From an uncultured Methanosarcinaceae archaeon (GTDB taxonomy: Archaea > Halobacteriota > Methanosarcinia > Methanosarcinales > Methanosarcinaceae): DNA of 64,000 bases. A program made the translations under genes and the position numbers. Positions 23,060 to 33,647 of this stretch are shown piece after piece (position 1 is the stretch's first letter; each line of letters begins with the position of its first letter). The notes under the pieces were generated by a model, which worked only from the letters and a program-made list of their open reading frames with translations, did not search any database and had not been told where the DNA came from. The DNA lies in NCBI GenBank assembly GCA_963833425.1, contig CAWHXP010000005.1, positions 128,001-192,000 of the forward strand, read 5' to 3'.

Positions 23060-24271
23060 ATGACTAAATCTGTTGATGATGTTCATTGTATTGATGCGGA
23101 TTATTTACGCGCACAACATAAATTGAAAAATGCAGATATTGGGGAAGAAAACAAAGCGTTGATTGAAAATTTTTCAATTGCTCTTCGACGGGAAGGAGCA
23201 GTAAAAACAACAATCACGTGGTACTTGTATTATGCAACCAGGATGGTCGAGCAACTTCAAGAACTAGGATTCAATGAGACCTTGGACAAGCTGGACCAGA
23301 ATACTTTTGATAGGTTGCTTATTTTTTGTGAAGATGAAAAGAAATTCTCTCCAGGCACTATCAGAAATTATAAAAAATTGATCAAAAAATTCTTCAGATG
23401 GTCCACAGGTGGTAACCAGCCTAAATGGATTATGGATCTGAAGCTAAAAACAATTGAAAGCCCTGTGCAACCTTCGGACATACTGACCAAAGATGAGTTC
23501 ACCCGACTCCTTGAAGGCTGTAGACATCCAAGGGATAAAGCTATTATCGCTGTTCTTGCAGATAGCGGAATGAGAGTAGGGGCTATGATGTCCTGCAGGG
23601 TTAAAAATGTAGAGTTTAATCAATATGGAGCTATGATTTATCTTTCAAAAACAGGGGCTAACAAGACAACACCTGCAAAGGGGCTACCACTCACTTGGAG
23701 CGCGGGGTATTTGAATCAGTGGCTTGCAGTTCATCCTTTTCACGAAGATCCAGAAGCTCCCTTATGGATTACCCTTAACAAAAATAAAGAAGCTGTGAGT
23801 TATAAAGCTATCCGAAAAATGATAAAGACTACAGCCGAAAAAGTAGGCATCAAGAAAAGTATACATCCACATTTGCTACGACATATGGCTATAACAAACT
23901 GGATTTTAGATGGACTTAATGAACAAGAAATTAAGCACAGCGCGGGCTGGAGTCGGGGCAGTACTCAAATGTTCAAAATTTATGCAAATTTCACTGATCA
24001 CGAAATTAACAATAGTATTTTTGAGAAATATGGGCTCAAGACTGAAGACAAAAGACACGTTACACTTAAAAGATGCCCACGGTGTAATAATGTACTAAAA
24101 TCAGACGACAAATTTTGTAGCCAATGTGCACTGGTTCTCGATCAAGAAACCGCTCTAAAACTTGAAAAAGATAAAGAAAAACTAGATTTATCATTCTTAG
24201 AAGTTTCCAGTGTTGACCCAAAGGTTTTGGAAAAAATAGCAATCGAAGTCAAAAAACTCCTAAACCAGTAA
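23060..24271 (+). CDS. Tyrosine recombinase/integrase with C-terminal Zn ribbon
   Basis: Catalytic R (SGMRVG), HxxR (HLLRH), AGW and Y (FKIYA) all present; CPRC...CSQC ribbon. Confidence 0.95.
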   Translation: MTKSVDDVHCIDADYLRAQHKLKNADIGEENKALIENFSIALRREGAVKTTITWYLYYATRMVEQLQELGFNETLDKLDQNTFDRLLIFCEDEKKFSPGTIRNYKKLIKKFFRWSTGGNQPKWIMDLKLKTIESPVQPSDILTKDEFTRLLEGCRHPRDKAIIAVLADSGMRVGAMMSCRVKNVEFNQYGAMIYLSKTGANKTTPAKGLPLTWSAGYLNQWLAVHPFHEDPEAPLWITLNKNKEAVSYKAIRKMIKTTAEKVGIKKSIHPHLLRHMAITNWILDGLNEQEIKHSAGWSRGSTQMFKIYANFTDHEINNSIFEKYGLKTEDKRHVTLKRCPRCNNVLKSDDKFCSQCALVLDQETALKLEKDKEKLDLSFLEVSSVDPKVLEKIAIEVKKLLNQ

Positions 24272-24428
24272 ATAGTTAAGATATGTTCATAAAATTTCCT
24301 TTTTGTTCCTAATTATTGAATATTTCTGCTAATAATATGAAACTACTTTAATTGTATAGGGTAAAACGCTTGCTGGTTTAAATTTATAATTGTTTTTATT
24401 TAATCAAAAAAGTTGGAAACTTGTCAGA

Positions 24429-25491
24429 TTAATCTGTATCAACATTTGGTACCCAGCTTTCAAACCTATCCTGTTTCTTCTGTGCCATTTCGCGCGTTTT
24501 ACGAAATATCATTTTAGTCATGTCTTTGTTAAAAGTATGGTAAGTTACGTATTTTCCTCCTTTTTCTTCGAATTCTCTTTCTACTTCTTCAAGTTTGGGA
24601 TTTTCAATGGAAATTAATTTTTTCCCTTTAAGAAAACTAGGTACATCTTTACGCTCTCTATAATAATTTCTTAATCGCTGAATTTCTGCATCTGATATTT
24701 CGTTTTTTGTTTGTTTTAAGTATTCTATGGCTTCATTATTCGCTTGTCCTTTCAACATATCTATGGAAACACATGCTTCAAATGCTATATTGATACTGAA
24801 GGTTGTTCCACATATTGCCATCCAGTTGTTTGGATTACGAAGATATTCCCAACTAGTTAGGTGTATAACGTTTTCTGATAATTCAATTAATTTTTTAATA
24901 TCAGCTATTAATTTATTTTTGTCATTGGTAAGAAACAGTATGAAAAATTCAGGGGATAACCATAATTTTTCCTTAAACTTTTGTTTGGTTTTTTCAAAAA
25001 GTGTATCTTCTCTATGTTCCACCCAATCCTTTCGACTTGAATCATAAGTTGAATATGAGCCAAGTGTGGTAGTTATTGTAAACTTTATGGGTAAGCCTTT
25101 ATTTACTCTTTCTCCAAATGTGCTATCCAAATAATCCATATCATTTGAACCATAAATTAAATCTGAATACTCGGAAAATATGCTTTCGAGGATGTGATCG
25201 TTCCTTTGCATTTTTGACAATAAGTGTGGATATTCTTTCAGTATACGACTTAGATTCTGAATACTGAATACAATTGAATATAATTTAGGAAGGTTTCCGA
25301 ATTTTTCTGATTTTACCTTCTCACCTTCAATGCACCCATATGTTTCTAGTTTTGTTAATCTCTATAAATCATATTGTAACGTGGATTACCTTTTGGATCT
25401 ACAAATTTTAGTTCCTTTGCTGACTCTCCAGTAGTTTTTGAAGATTCTAATAGACTACCTAAAATTAGCCTTTGAGTCTTTTCTTTTTCAT
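24429..25491 (-). pseudogene. Winged-helix regulator-like gene with frameshifted N-terminus; 263-aa C-terminal part open
   Basis: Upstream of the 24429-25220 ORF, shifted frames read KTQRLILGSLLESSKTTGESAKELKF...YNMIYRD / KLETYGCIEG... and LYSIVFSIQNLSRILKEYPHLL, which runs in frame into the ORF. Confidence 0.55.
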
Positions 25492-25799
25492 GATTATCTT
25501 CTGTCATATTCTGTAGATAGTTCTAATTTCTATTATAATATGTTTGGGAATAACAGATTAATGTCTAATAGTCGACAACTTGTGATATTTTGTCGATTAA
25601 AAATTAATATAAATGTCTAACGCCTATTCTAGCTTGTATTAAAATAACAATAAGGGAAAGTATGCGAATGAGCTGTAAAGTTAAAATAAAAATTTTGAAT
25701 ACATTTGATTATTTGTTTATCCCGATGTGGCATTTTCCCCTAAATTCGTGTGATTTGTCGTTACAGCCAATTAATAGACTATCCCATTAAGGTGAAAGC

Positions 25800-25934
25800 A
25801 TGTTTAGATTTGGAAAAAGAACTGTGATAAAGCAAGGTGGGAGTTATATGATTTCGCTCTCGATGACATGGATGAAAGCAATGGATATAGATGTAAAAAC
25901 TGTGATGATCGACATGGACAGCGAAATCATCTGA
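25800..25934 (+). CDS. AbrB/SpoVT-like small DNA-binding protein (3' end possibly frameshifted)
   Basis: Manual translation MFRFGKRTVIKQGGSYMISLSMTWMKAMDIDVKTVMIDMDSEII after an AAGGTGA RBS; swapped-hairpin pattern. Confidence 0.65.
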   Translation: MFRFGKRTVIKQGGSYMISLSMTWMKAMDIDVKTVMIDMDSEII

Positions 25935-26046
25935 AAATTATGGCAGGTGACACTCGCAATGAAAACACAGTCTCTTAAATTTACACCCAAGAGTTTGATA
26001 GCTGTAGGCTCGAAAAGATCTAATGCATCCTGGAAAAGGGAAACAA

Positions 26047-26268
26047 ATGTACGATCTAAAACCAAAAACTGTAGCTATGTTTAAAAAATTTTACACGGAA
26101 TTTCCCGAATTGATTAATTATCGAATAAAGTGCGGAAATATGTATGAGAAGGCTCAGGCAATATTAATAAAAAATGTTGCTGAGAGTGTTTCGCAAAATC
26201 CCGCAGCGGCCAAGCAGTCGGAAGTTTCGCAAAACATCACAACGGATGCCTACCTTCATAACAAATGA
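26047..26268 (+). CDS. Hypothetical protein of the element
   Basis: Open frame MYDLKPKTVAMFKKFYTEFPELINYRIKCG..., co-oriented with neighbours. Confidence 0.55.
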   Translation: MYDLKPKTVAMFKKFYTEFPELINYRIKCGNMYEKAQAILIKNVAESVSQNPAAAKQSEVSQNITTDAYLHNK

Positions 26269-26484
26269 TCCACGAGAACAGATCGACCCAGAAATGAAAA
26301 GTGATGCACAATGAAGAAGATAGTCCACAAAGTAATAATGATTTTCCTTTTTAGCCCTGCCACTAACAATTACATGCAAAGCCTAAAGACTTTTGATTCC
26401 AAAACGAATATTTTTTAGGATATCTATTAATTTTGATGGTACTGAAAGCGTTAAATTTCATTCTAAAATATAGATAATTATAAA

Positions 26485-26889
26485 GTGATTATTATGGATT
26501 ACAAAAATGAGTTAACTCTTCAATGCAAAGAAAATTTAACTTCGTTATCAGACGAGTACATGATTGGAATAACTGACGCCAGTTATAGGCATATCGATGA
26601 AATACTTAATTCTTTATCCATAATGTTGGAGAATCATTTATCTCAAGTAAACGCTCGTCGGGAGCCAAAAATATATGGAGTACTCAGTTCACTGACACTA
26701 AAAACGATTATGTTATCTGACTTAATTACACAAAGCGCAGAAGAATATGTATCCTTGGACATTCTTAAAGTGTTACTAGAAGGTGTGGCGGTGCACGATA
26801 TCTTCCAAAAAGGGGATTCTGTGAAAATCGAAGTGCTGGAAGATAACGCATTGAAGATTTCCGGTGAACAAACTAGAGAAAAGCGATAA
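26485..26889 (+). CDS. Hypothetical protein of the element
   Basis: 134-aa open frame with protein-like composition. Confidence 0.6.
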   Translation: MIIMDYKNELTLQCKENLTSLSDEYMIGITDASYRHIDEILNSLSIMLENHLSQVNARREPKIYGVLSSLTLKTIMLSDLITQSAEEYVSLDILKVLLEGVAVHDIFQKGDSVKIEVLEDNALKISGEQTREKR

Positions 26890-27070
26890 AGATAACAAAA
26901 ATTGAGAGATTCGAGCCCAGGACAGCTTGAGACCTGTCCTAGGTGATTAGGTTCGTCATCTTCAGCGACTGAACTACTATAAATTATACTTCATGGTTTA
27001 TAATAATATCTTATTTTGATGACGGTTCTAATGCCTATGGGTTCTTTGTTCTCTCATAATTCAAGAGAGG

Positions 27071-27355
27071 ATGAACTCCATGACATATTCTATATCTAGG
27101 CAAACTAATATTAGTAATTTTTTTCACAGTTATGATAATACCAAATCTCAAATTACTTTCGAGTCCCTTGTCACATCCACAGATGGATACAAATGCAAGG
27201 TGCCTTGTCAAAATAATAATTTTTGTTATTCTTGTCAAAGACAGGATTGTTCTAGACGTACCGATCCCTATGACTTGTGGTGGATTCCAGAAGAGCCTGA
27301 TGATTGCTCAAGAGCAGATATTGCAAGAACTTATCGCTTAGGAGAAGGGTTTTAA
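27071..27355 (+). CDS. Small Cys-containing hypothetical protein
   Basis: GAGAGG RBS; CKVPC...CYSC...C; stop overlaps the next ATG. Confidence 0.5.
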   Translation: MNSMTYSISRQTNISNFFHSYDNTKSQITFESLVTSTDGYKCKVPCQNNNFCYSCQRQDCSRRTDPYDLWWIPEEPDDCSRADIARTYRLGEGF

Positions 27356-27894
27356 TGCCAAGCTTTTCAAGTCTGGAATATAACTTTAGAGAGGATCTAC
27401 GATCCATTATCTCTATAAACTCCACACGGAGCCTGAAATATATCAGGAAGAGCAGCAGGACAGGAAAGTATAGGAGAATGGCTCATCTACTTTTGATGCT
27501 GGCATATAACTGGTCTGGATCTTCGAGCCTGGTCTCTATGAATATGCTGATGCTTAAGTTCTTGAAGAGCATTAGAAGGCATGCAGGATTCGAGAATAGA
27601 GAGAAGATAGGCAAGGAAACACAAGCAACAGACTACATCGTGAACTTCACCTTAAACGAGGTCTTCCAAAGTAATGAATTTAGTCTTCGCCAATGCATAC
27701 CAGAAGCAGCATGTGCTAGAATACGTTATTTTTTTATGATTTTGGGGGTATGGAATGAACTTTGATTCTCTTGATAAGGTTTATTCTGAGCACAACAGAA
27801 GAATTCCAATATCTCATAAATTTAAAACGAGTGCCTGATCAGTCCTTTTCGATTTTATCGATTACGATCTGCAGCCTGAAGGAAGGTTGGAAAG

Positions 27895-30128
27895 ATGAGT
27901 TATGACACCGCAATGCTTGAAGCTGCATTAAATTATTCAAGATTAGGACTGATAGTGCATCCTTTACTGAACCCCAATGCACCTGAAATAAACCCTGAAA
28001 CAGGAAAAGAACAAAGCCCAGGTAAAGGAGTTTTGGTAAAAGCCTGGCAGAAAAGGGAAAGTGCCTTAACGGAAAGAGAAATAGAAAAATATTGGGGACC
28101 TAGTAGGAGTTCTTACTTTGAGAATGCAAATATTGGCTTGCAATGCGGGAAAAGATCAGGTATTACCCTAATCGATGTGGACGACTGGAACCCTGCAATA
28201 TGGAACGAACTCACAGCCGGATTATCTCTAGATAATTGGCTCATGTCAAAGAGAACAACGGACCAGGGCCATATTTTCTTTAAATACATCGAAGCTCTGA
28301 AAGCTCAAAAGCATCATGATTTAGGCATAGAAATTTTAACAGATGGCAATAATGCAGTCCTACCCCCAAGCAGGCATAAAAGCGGGAAAATTTACTCATT
28401 TAACCGGGAAATCAGGGCATTTGAAGATATACCAGAAGTGCCTGAAGAACTAATAAACAGGCTTAATGCCCTGTTTGTAACCAATAATAAGTTAAAAGTG
28501 ATCTTGTAAAAATGCAAGCTCTGTCTACGTGAAAAATTCAAGGCCCATCAGGAAAGCCCGGATATCAAGGAATTGCACACCAGCACAGGCAGACAGTTAA
28601 CCCTGTCGCTGATGGCAGACATGAAGGCAAATGGTGCAGACCCTGAAGTTTTACACCTTGCCTGTAAATACCTTTTTAGAGATAATTACACCCGGTCACA
28701 CAGTGATTATGAATTGGGTATGGACGGAAGCAAAATCGAAAAACCTTGGAAATGTGAAACTATACAGAGAGCGTTAGGAAGCATCATACTTGATAAAGCC
28801 CTTAAATCAAAATGTGATAATTGTACTTTCAGAGAGCAGAGAAAACAGGTAGATAACCAGAAGAAACCCGAGCCAGAAGCTCAAAAGGATAATCCCCTAA
28901 ATATAGACTATGATGAAATGGACCTAAGCCCCGAACTTATCCAGAAGGCAGATGAGGAAGCAGACAGGATATTAAGAGAAGGTGACCCTATAGACTGTAT
29001 ACTGAACACAATATCAAAAAAGCATGTCGGTGACCGGGATACACAAGAAGCAATGTGCATATCAATAGCCTGTCAGTGTTGTCTTAATACCGCAGGCTTG
29101 CAAATATCCGTAAATGGTACTTCTGGCTCAGGAAAGTCACATGGAATAAAAACACATTTACATTTAATTCCTAAAAAACGGAAACGCATAACGGGGTTAA
29201 GCGCGAAGGCTGCTTATTATATGAATTTAACCCCTGGTATTATTATTTTTTCGGACGATAAGGATCCTGACCCTGCATTTGAAGAAGTCATAAAACAGGC
29301 AACAACGAACTTTCAGGAAGAAACTTACTACACAACGGTTAGAGATCAAAAACAAATATCTTTGGTAATCCCATCCCGTATAAATTGGTACTTAACGAAC
29401 GTCGAAAGCTTCGTATCGGATCAATTGCTTAATCGCCAACTCACCTTTGATGCAGACAGTAGTCCTGAGCAGAAAAAAAGGATATTTGATGCACAGAAAC
29501 ACGAAGCTGCAATCGGTGGGAATGGGCAGGAGATGAACATTGAAGTGCTTATATGCAGAAGACTGTATGGAGCACTTAAACAGAATTTATTTAAGGTTAA
29601 AATACCCTTTGTGGATAGGATAGACCTGCAGGATACAAGTAATTCGCGTATATTCCCAATGTTCCTTGATATGGTCGGGGGTTTGCTGCTTTCAAATGTA
29701 AGCAGAGAACCTTTGACGACGGTGGATATTTACTAGCTGAGGTTGAAGACTTTGAAAGAGCAAAAAGATTATTCGAATCTCAAAAAGAAAACACAGTAAC
29801 AAAAATGAACGAAAATGAGAGACAGATAATCCAATGTATAGCGAGTAAAGGTAAATGCACAATTAACGATATATCAAGCTATACAGACATTAAATATCAA
29901 AGTGTGAGACGAGCCTTGGTTGGTAGGACAGACAGAGACGTCGATGGGCTCCTTGACAAGATTAAGGGATTAAAAATGGAAGAAGAAACCGATACTAATT
30001 ATGAGAGAGCTGGAGACATATTAAGAAGCAGTAGTGGAAAGAAGGTTCTTAAGTTCAGCATAGACAAATCAAAGTTTGATTACTGGTCACTCTTTGATAA
30101 GGAGTTTATCTTCCTGAAGGCCGCCTGA
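27895..30128 (+). pseudogene. Replication protein: Prim-Pol (AEP) domain, Cys-containing middle domain, P-loop NTPase and C-terminal wHTH; one nonsense codon and one frameshift
   Basis: NIGLQCGKRSGITLIDVDD, GHIFFKY and AVLPPSRH (bifunctional primase-polymerase motifs); in-frame TAA at 28507-28509; Walker A GTSGSGKS; a frameshift near 29680 joins the 29805-30128 wHTH ORF. Confidence 0.85.
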
Positions 30129-30156
30129 TCTATGCACAAAGGCAACTGATTCTTTT

Positions 30157-30440
30157 ATTCCCCAATTTCCCTTTTTTTCCAAAATATTCCCATTGTTTTC
30201 CCATTAAAACTTAATCAGTTGACATTTTGTTCCCAAAAACCCGAAAATGCAAGAAAAAAAAAGAAAATACACTTTTGACATTCTAATATTTTGGATATTA
30301 CTTTAAAATATCATATATCATTTTTTTACTTTTGGGAACATGACTCCCTTTTTTTATGAATTTTAATTACCTTGTTATTGTTTTTATATTATTTTTAATG
30401 GGAATATAATGGGAAAATAGCGGGAATAATTGGGGACTAT
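30157..30440. repeat. Nested inverted arrays of TTCCCA motifs around an AT-rich centre (candidate replication origin)
   Basis: TCCCCAATT...TTCCCATT...TTCCCATTAAAA on the left mirrors TTTTAATGGGAA...AATGGGAA...AATTGGGGA on the right; inner 11-bp inverted repeat TGTTCCCAAAA (30228) / TTTTGGGAACA (30330). Confidence 0.6.
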
Positions 30441-30711
30441 TGGAAATATAACTAGCGGAAGACATACTTAATTAAAAAAGATATATGAATGAACAGGGTT
30501 AGACTAAATGTCACATTTTTGTATGTTATATTTTTAAAATTTCCCCGTTTAAACTTCTTCCATCAAAATTTTCTACATAACCAGCTATTCAAGCATCAAA
30601 ATATTATCAATAACCATTACCATTACTAAGTGATAATAAAGTATAAATACTAATAAATCGCATATAGTAGCGCAGTTTCTTGAAAATAGACGGTCTGGTG
30701 GATCACATAAT

Positions 30712-30936
30712 ATGAAAGGCGGTAAAACAAGATTTCAACAGAAGTTTACAGAAGACATGTTCCTGAATGCTCTAGCAATTGACAGTATCAAGTCAACTGC
30801 GACTATTATGAATTTAGTAGGATGCAGCAGGTCCACAGCTAAAAACATGCTTTATAAGCTTGTAAATGAAGGTAAAGTAAATAAAATAGAAATTGAAGGC
30901 GACGGTTACGGTTGGCAGAAAGTGAAAGGTGATTAA
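30712..30936 (+). CDS. Small winged-helix protein
   Basis: STATIMNLVGCSRSTAKNMLYKLVNEGKV helix-turn-helix with a YGW wing. Confidence 0.75.
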   Translation: MKGGKTRFQQKFTEDMFLNALAIDSIKSTATIMNLVGCSRSTAKNMLYKLVNEGKVNKIEIEGDGYGWQKVKGD

Positions 30937-31327
30937 AATGAGTTTCATTGATAGCTACAGACAAGAAATTGATCCAAAAACTGCGTTGCAAATAATGCCA
31001 GAATTAAAAGAAGATTATCTCCAAGATCGTCCGTGTAAATGGGAAGAAGATACGATACAGCTTTGGAAAGTCGCAAGTGCACTTATTGAAGATTGTGACC
31101 CATCAATCGAGAAACGTTCTTTTTTGTGTACTCCGGTATTTTTTGACAAAACAGGTAAACATAGATATTTCACATCACACGAAAAAACAATGCAAGAGCA
31201 AATAGCTGAGTTTGATCAACAAGTTGGTGTTATTCATGAATTGGGTTGCACTATAACCGATAAGGATGGTAATACAGAAGCAAAAGTTTGGCTTCTGCAG
31301 ATTGAGACCGAAATTAATCATGGGTAA
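30929..31327 (+). CDS. Hypothetical protein of the element
   Basis: 132-aa open frame overlapping the wHTH gene; AAGGTGA RBS. Confidence 0.65.
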   Translation: MIKMSFIDSYRQEIDPKTALQIMPELKEDYLQDRPCKWEEDTIQLWKVASALIEDCDPSIEKRSFLCTPVFFDKTGKHRYFTSHEKTMQEQIAEFDQQVGVIHELGCTITDKDGNTEAKVWLLQIETEINHG

Positions 31328-31739
31328 TTCGTAGATATTTGACTGGAAAGTTGACTAATTGACAATCACTTCTAACATTCAATTTTTTTGTTTAATTACA
31401 GCCATAAGTCTTTCCACACTAGTAAATAAATTATTTAGTTTTTATTATTTTAAAGTAATAAAAATATATGAAAAATCTCGAGAACCTATCCCAAGTTCTC
31501 AGTGCATAGATTTATGGAGGCTTGGTTCTGTCGAAAAAATGGCTTAATCTGGGGACACTAGAGTGACTTTTATTAGGAGTCCCTTAGAAGATATGATTAG
31601 CCTAGTCAAAAAACGACTGAAAATGGCTCATTGTTAATTAATCTAGTCAAAGCCTTGCCTTAATGCATAAAAGAACTAAAGAAACATTTAATACAAGATT
31701 CACTAATATTAACTATTAAAAATAAAAAACGGTGTTATC

Positions 31740-32189
31740 ATGCCACGTCCTACAAAGCTCACTCCCGAAGTACAACAGAAAATCGGTGATGGTGTACCTC
31801 TCGGATTAACTTATGCTCTCGCTGCTAATTCAGCAGGTCTGACTTATCAGGCGTTCAATGATTGGATGAAACTGGGAAGAAATTCAACATCAGGAAAGTA
31901 CTTTGAATTCTATCAACATATTGAAAAATGTAATGCTGATGCCGCAAAGGTTCTTCTTGAACGGTTAAATAATGCAGCTGCAGTTGGAAATTGCCAGGTT
32001 TCCATGTGGATTTTGGAGAGAAGGTTCCCTGAAGAATTTGGACGGAGAGTATATAGAAAAACTAATGTTGTTGCAGAAAACCTGAATCAAAATGTCGAGA
32101 TAAGCTTCAGGGACGCAGACAAAATTAGAAAACAAATTCTAGAGAAGTTTGATCTGGTTGCAGAAAGTAATGAGTTATCAGTTGATTAA
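31740..32189 (+). CDS. Terminase small subunit-like HTH protein
   Basis: MPRPTKLTPEVQQKI N-terminus, AANSAGLTYQAFNDW helix-turn-helix, helical middle and WILERRFPEEFGRR: a pattern recalled from phage TerS-like proteins. Confidence 0.6.
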   Translation: MPRPTKLTPEVQQKIGDGVPLGLTYALAANSAGLTYQAFNDWMKLGRNSTSGKYFEFYQHIEKCNADAAKVLLERLNNAAAVGNCQVSMWILERRFPEEFGRRVYRKTNVVAENLNQNVEISFRDADKIRKQILEKFDLVAESNELSVD

Positions 32190-32215
32190 TTTTTCAGTTT
32201 AACTTAACATATTTT

Positions 32216-33067
32216 GGTTCCGTTGCAAAAACTTCAAAATAAGCATGTAAATCTATAAGTAATAAATAAAAATCAAAATATTCAAGGAAAATGTACCAAC
32301 ATTATAAAACTATACCAAACAATTGATTAATGTATTTGACTTCATTAAGAACAGAGTATTTTAGATTCTTGATTTGTCCTTTATTGATCATATTCATGGC
32401 TTCAATTCCTTTTAAAGTCTTATTAGCAGTAGAAAAGACTGAAATCCTAACATTGGATTAACGATTCGCTTTATAGATCTATGATCTTGTTCTATACTGT
32501 TATTCAAATGCTTGATTTATCTAATGCCTACGTTTTTAGGTAGTATTTTATCATTTTTCAGTTCATCTATAGCAGGGGGATAAGCTGGATTCTTATCAAC
32601 GGCTATTACTCTTGGAATTTGATTATGGTTAGAACTCAAAGCTTTATTAAAGAATCTCTTCGCTACTTTTCTATTTCGTTTTGAACTTAACATGAAATCA
32701 ATTGTATCTCCATTTGAGTCAACTGCTCGATAAAAATAGTCCCATTTACCTTTTACTTTGATATAGGTTTCAGCAACTCTCCACGAATCATTTGTTGGTC
32801 TTAAATGTCTTCTTATCTTCTTTTCTATTTCAGGGGAATATTGATGTACCTATCTCATTATAGTACTGTGATCAACTTGAATTCCTCTTTCTATCATCAT
32901 TTCCTTTAAATTTCTATAGCTCAATGGATATTTTAAGTACCATCTCACATTCAATAGGATAATTTCTCCTTCATAATGCTTCCATTTATAGGAATTAGAT
33001 AGCATATCACTATCTTTGGTTTTTTTATTCTATTGTATCATTAGAAAGGATTTTTTGCAACGGAATC
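32216..33067 (-). mobile_element. IS6-family insertion sequence with pseudogenised transposase
   Basis: Terminal repeats GGTTCCGTTGCAAAAA / TTTTTGCAACGGAATC; 852 bp; from 33005: YKWKHYEGEIILLNVRWYLKYPLSYRNL...DHSTIMR*V...SWRVAETYIKVKGKW..YRAVD. Confidence 0.93.
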
Positions 33068-33336
33068 TAATTTTCAACTGGTTTAAAGGGAAGGCACTTA
33101 TTAATGTTGCCCTTAGAGCTTATCCAAAAAGTGTTGTAACCTACTGTAATATTTACGGTTCGTCGCTGTTCCTAAACCTTAAAGAGACGCATCGTGCTTG
33201 CAATCTGCATGTTCATAGGCCAGGAATTTTTGCATTGACCGGCCTGGCTCGCAGCATGGGAACTGTCCATGAAGCAATCCTTTCCTCGCTCCTTATAACC
33301 TTTGTTACCATTTCAATGATCCAGATCTCTTCCGTC

Positions 33337-33485
33337 GGTTCCGTTGCAAAAATAATTTTACTGCCTTTTTAGGTTATAACTATTGCTTTTTGTATCATTA
33401 TTGACTTGTTTATGGCACATAAATATCCTATATGTGATGTTTTTTACTTGTTTTGTAAAATAGTCAGATTTTTTGTAACGGAACC
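33337..33485. mobile_element. 149-bp MITE with IS6-type terminal repeats
   Basis: GGTTCCGTTGCAAAAA...TTTTTGTAACGGAACC; near-identical to the copies at 62483 and 62676. Confidence 0.88.
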
Positions 33486-33647
33486 AATAATCTTGTAGCT
33501 ATGCGTTCCTGTAAAAATATTAATTTTAACCTAAGACTGTTCATATATAGGCTATCATCCCTTCTTCTGTTTTTAAAGATGTAAGTATAGTTTTTTTATT
33601 TCGGCTTTTATTTTGAGTATCTCTTGTTCGTCTTTTCTTTTAGATTA

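Noticed and set aside
27304..27765. 153-aa ORF taken as a real protein
   Set aside because: Its composition is odd, and an alternative stop-interrupted frame looks equally protein-like; the true frame cannot be decided.
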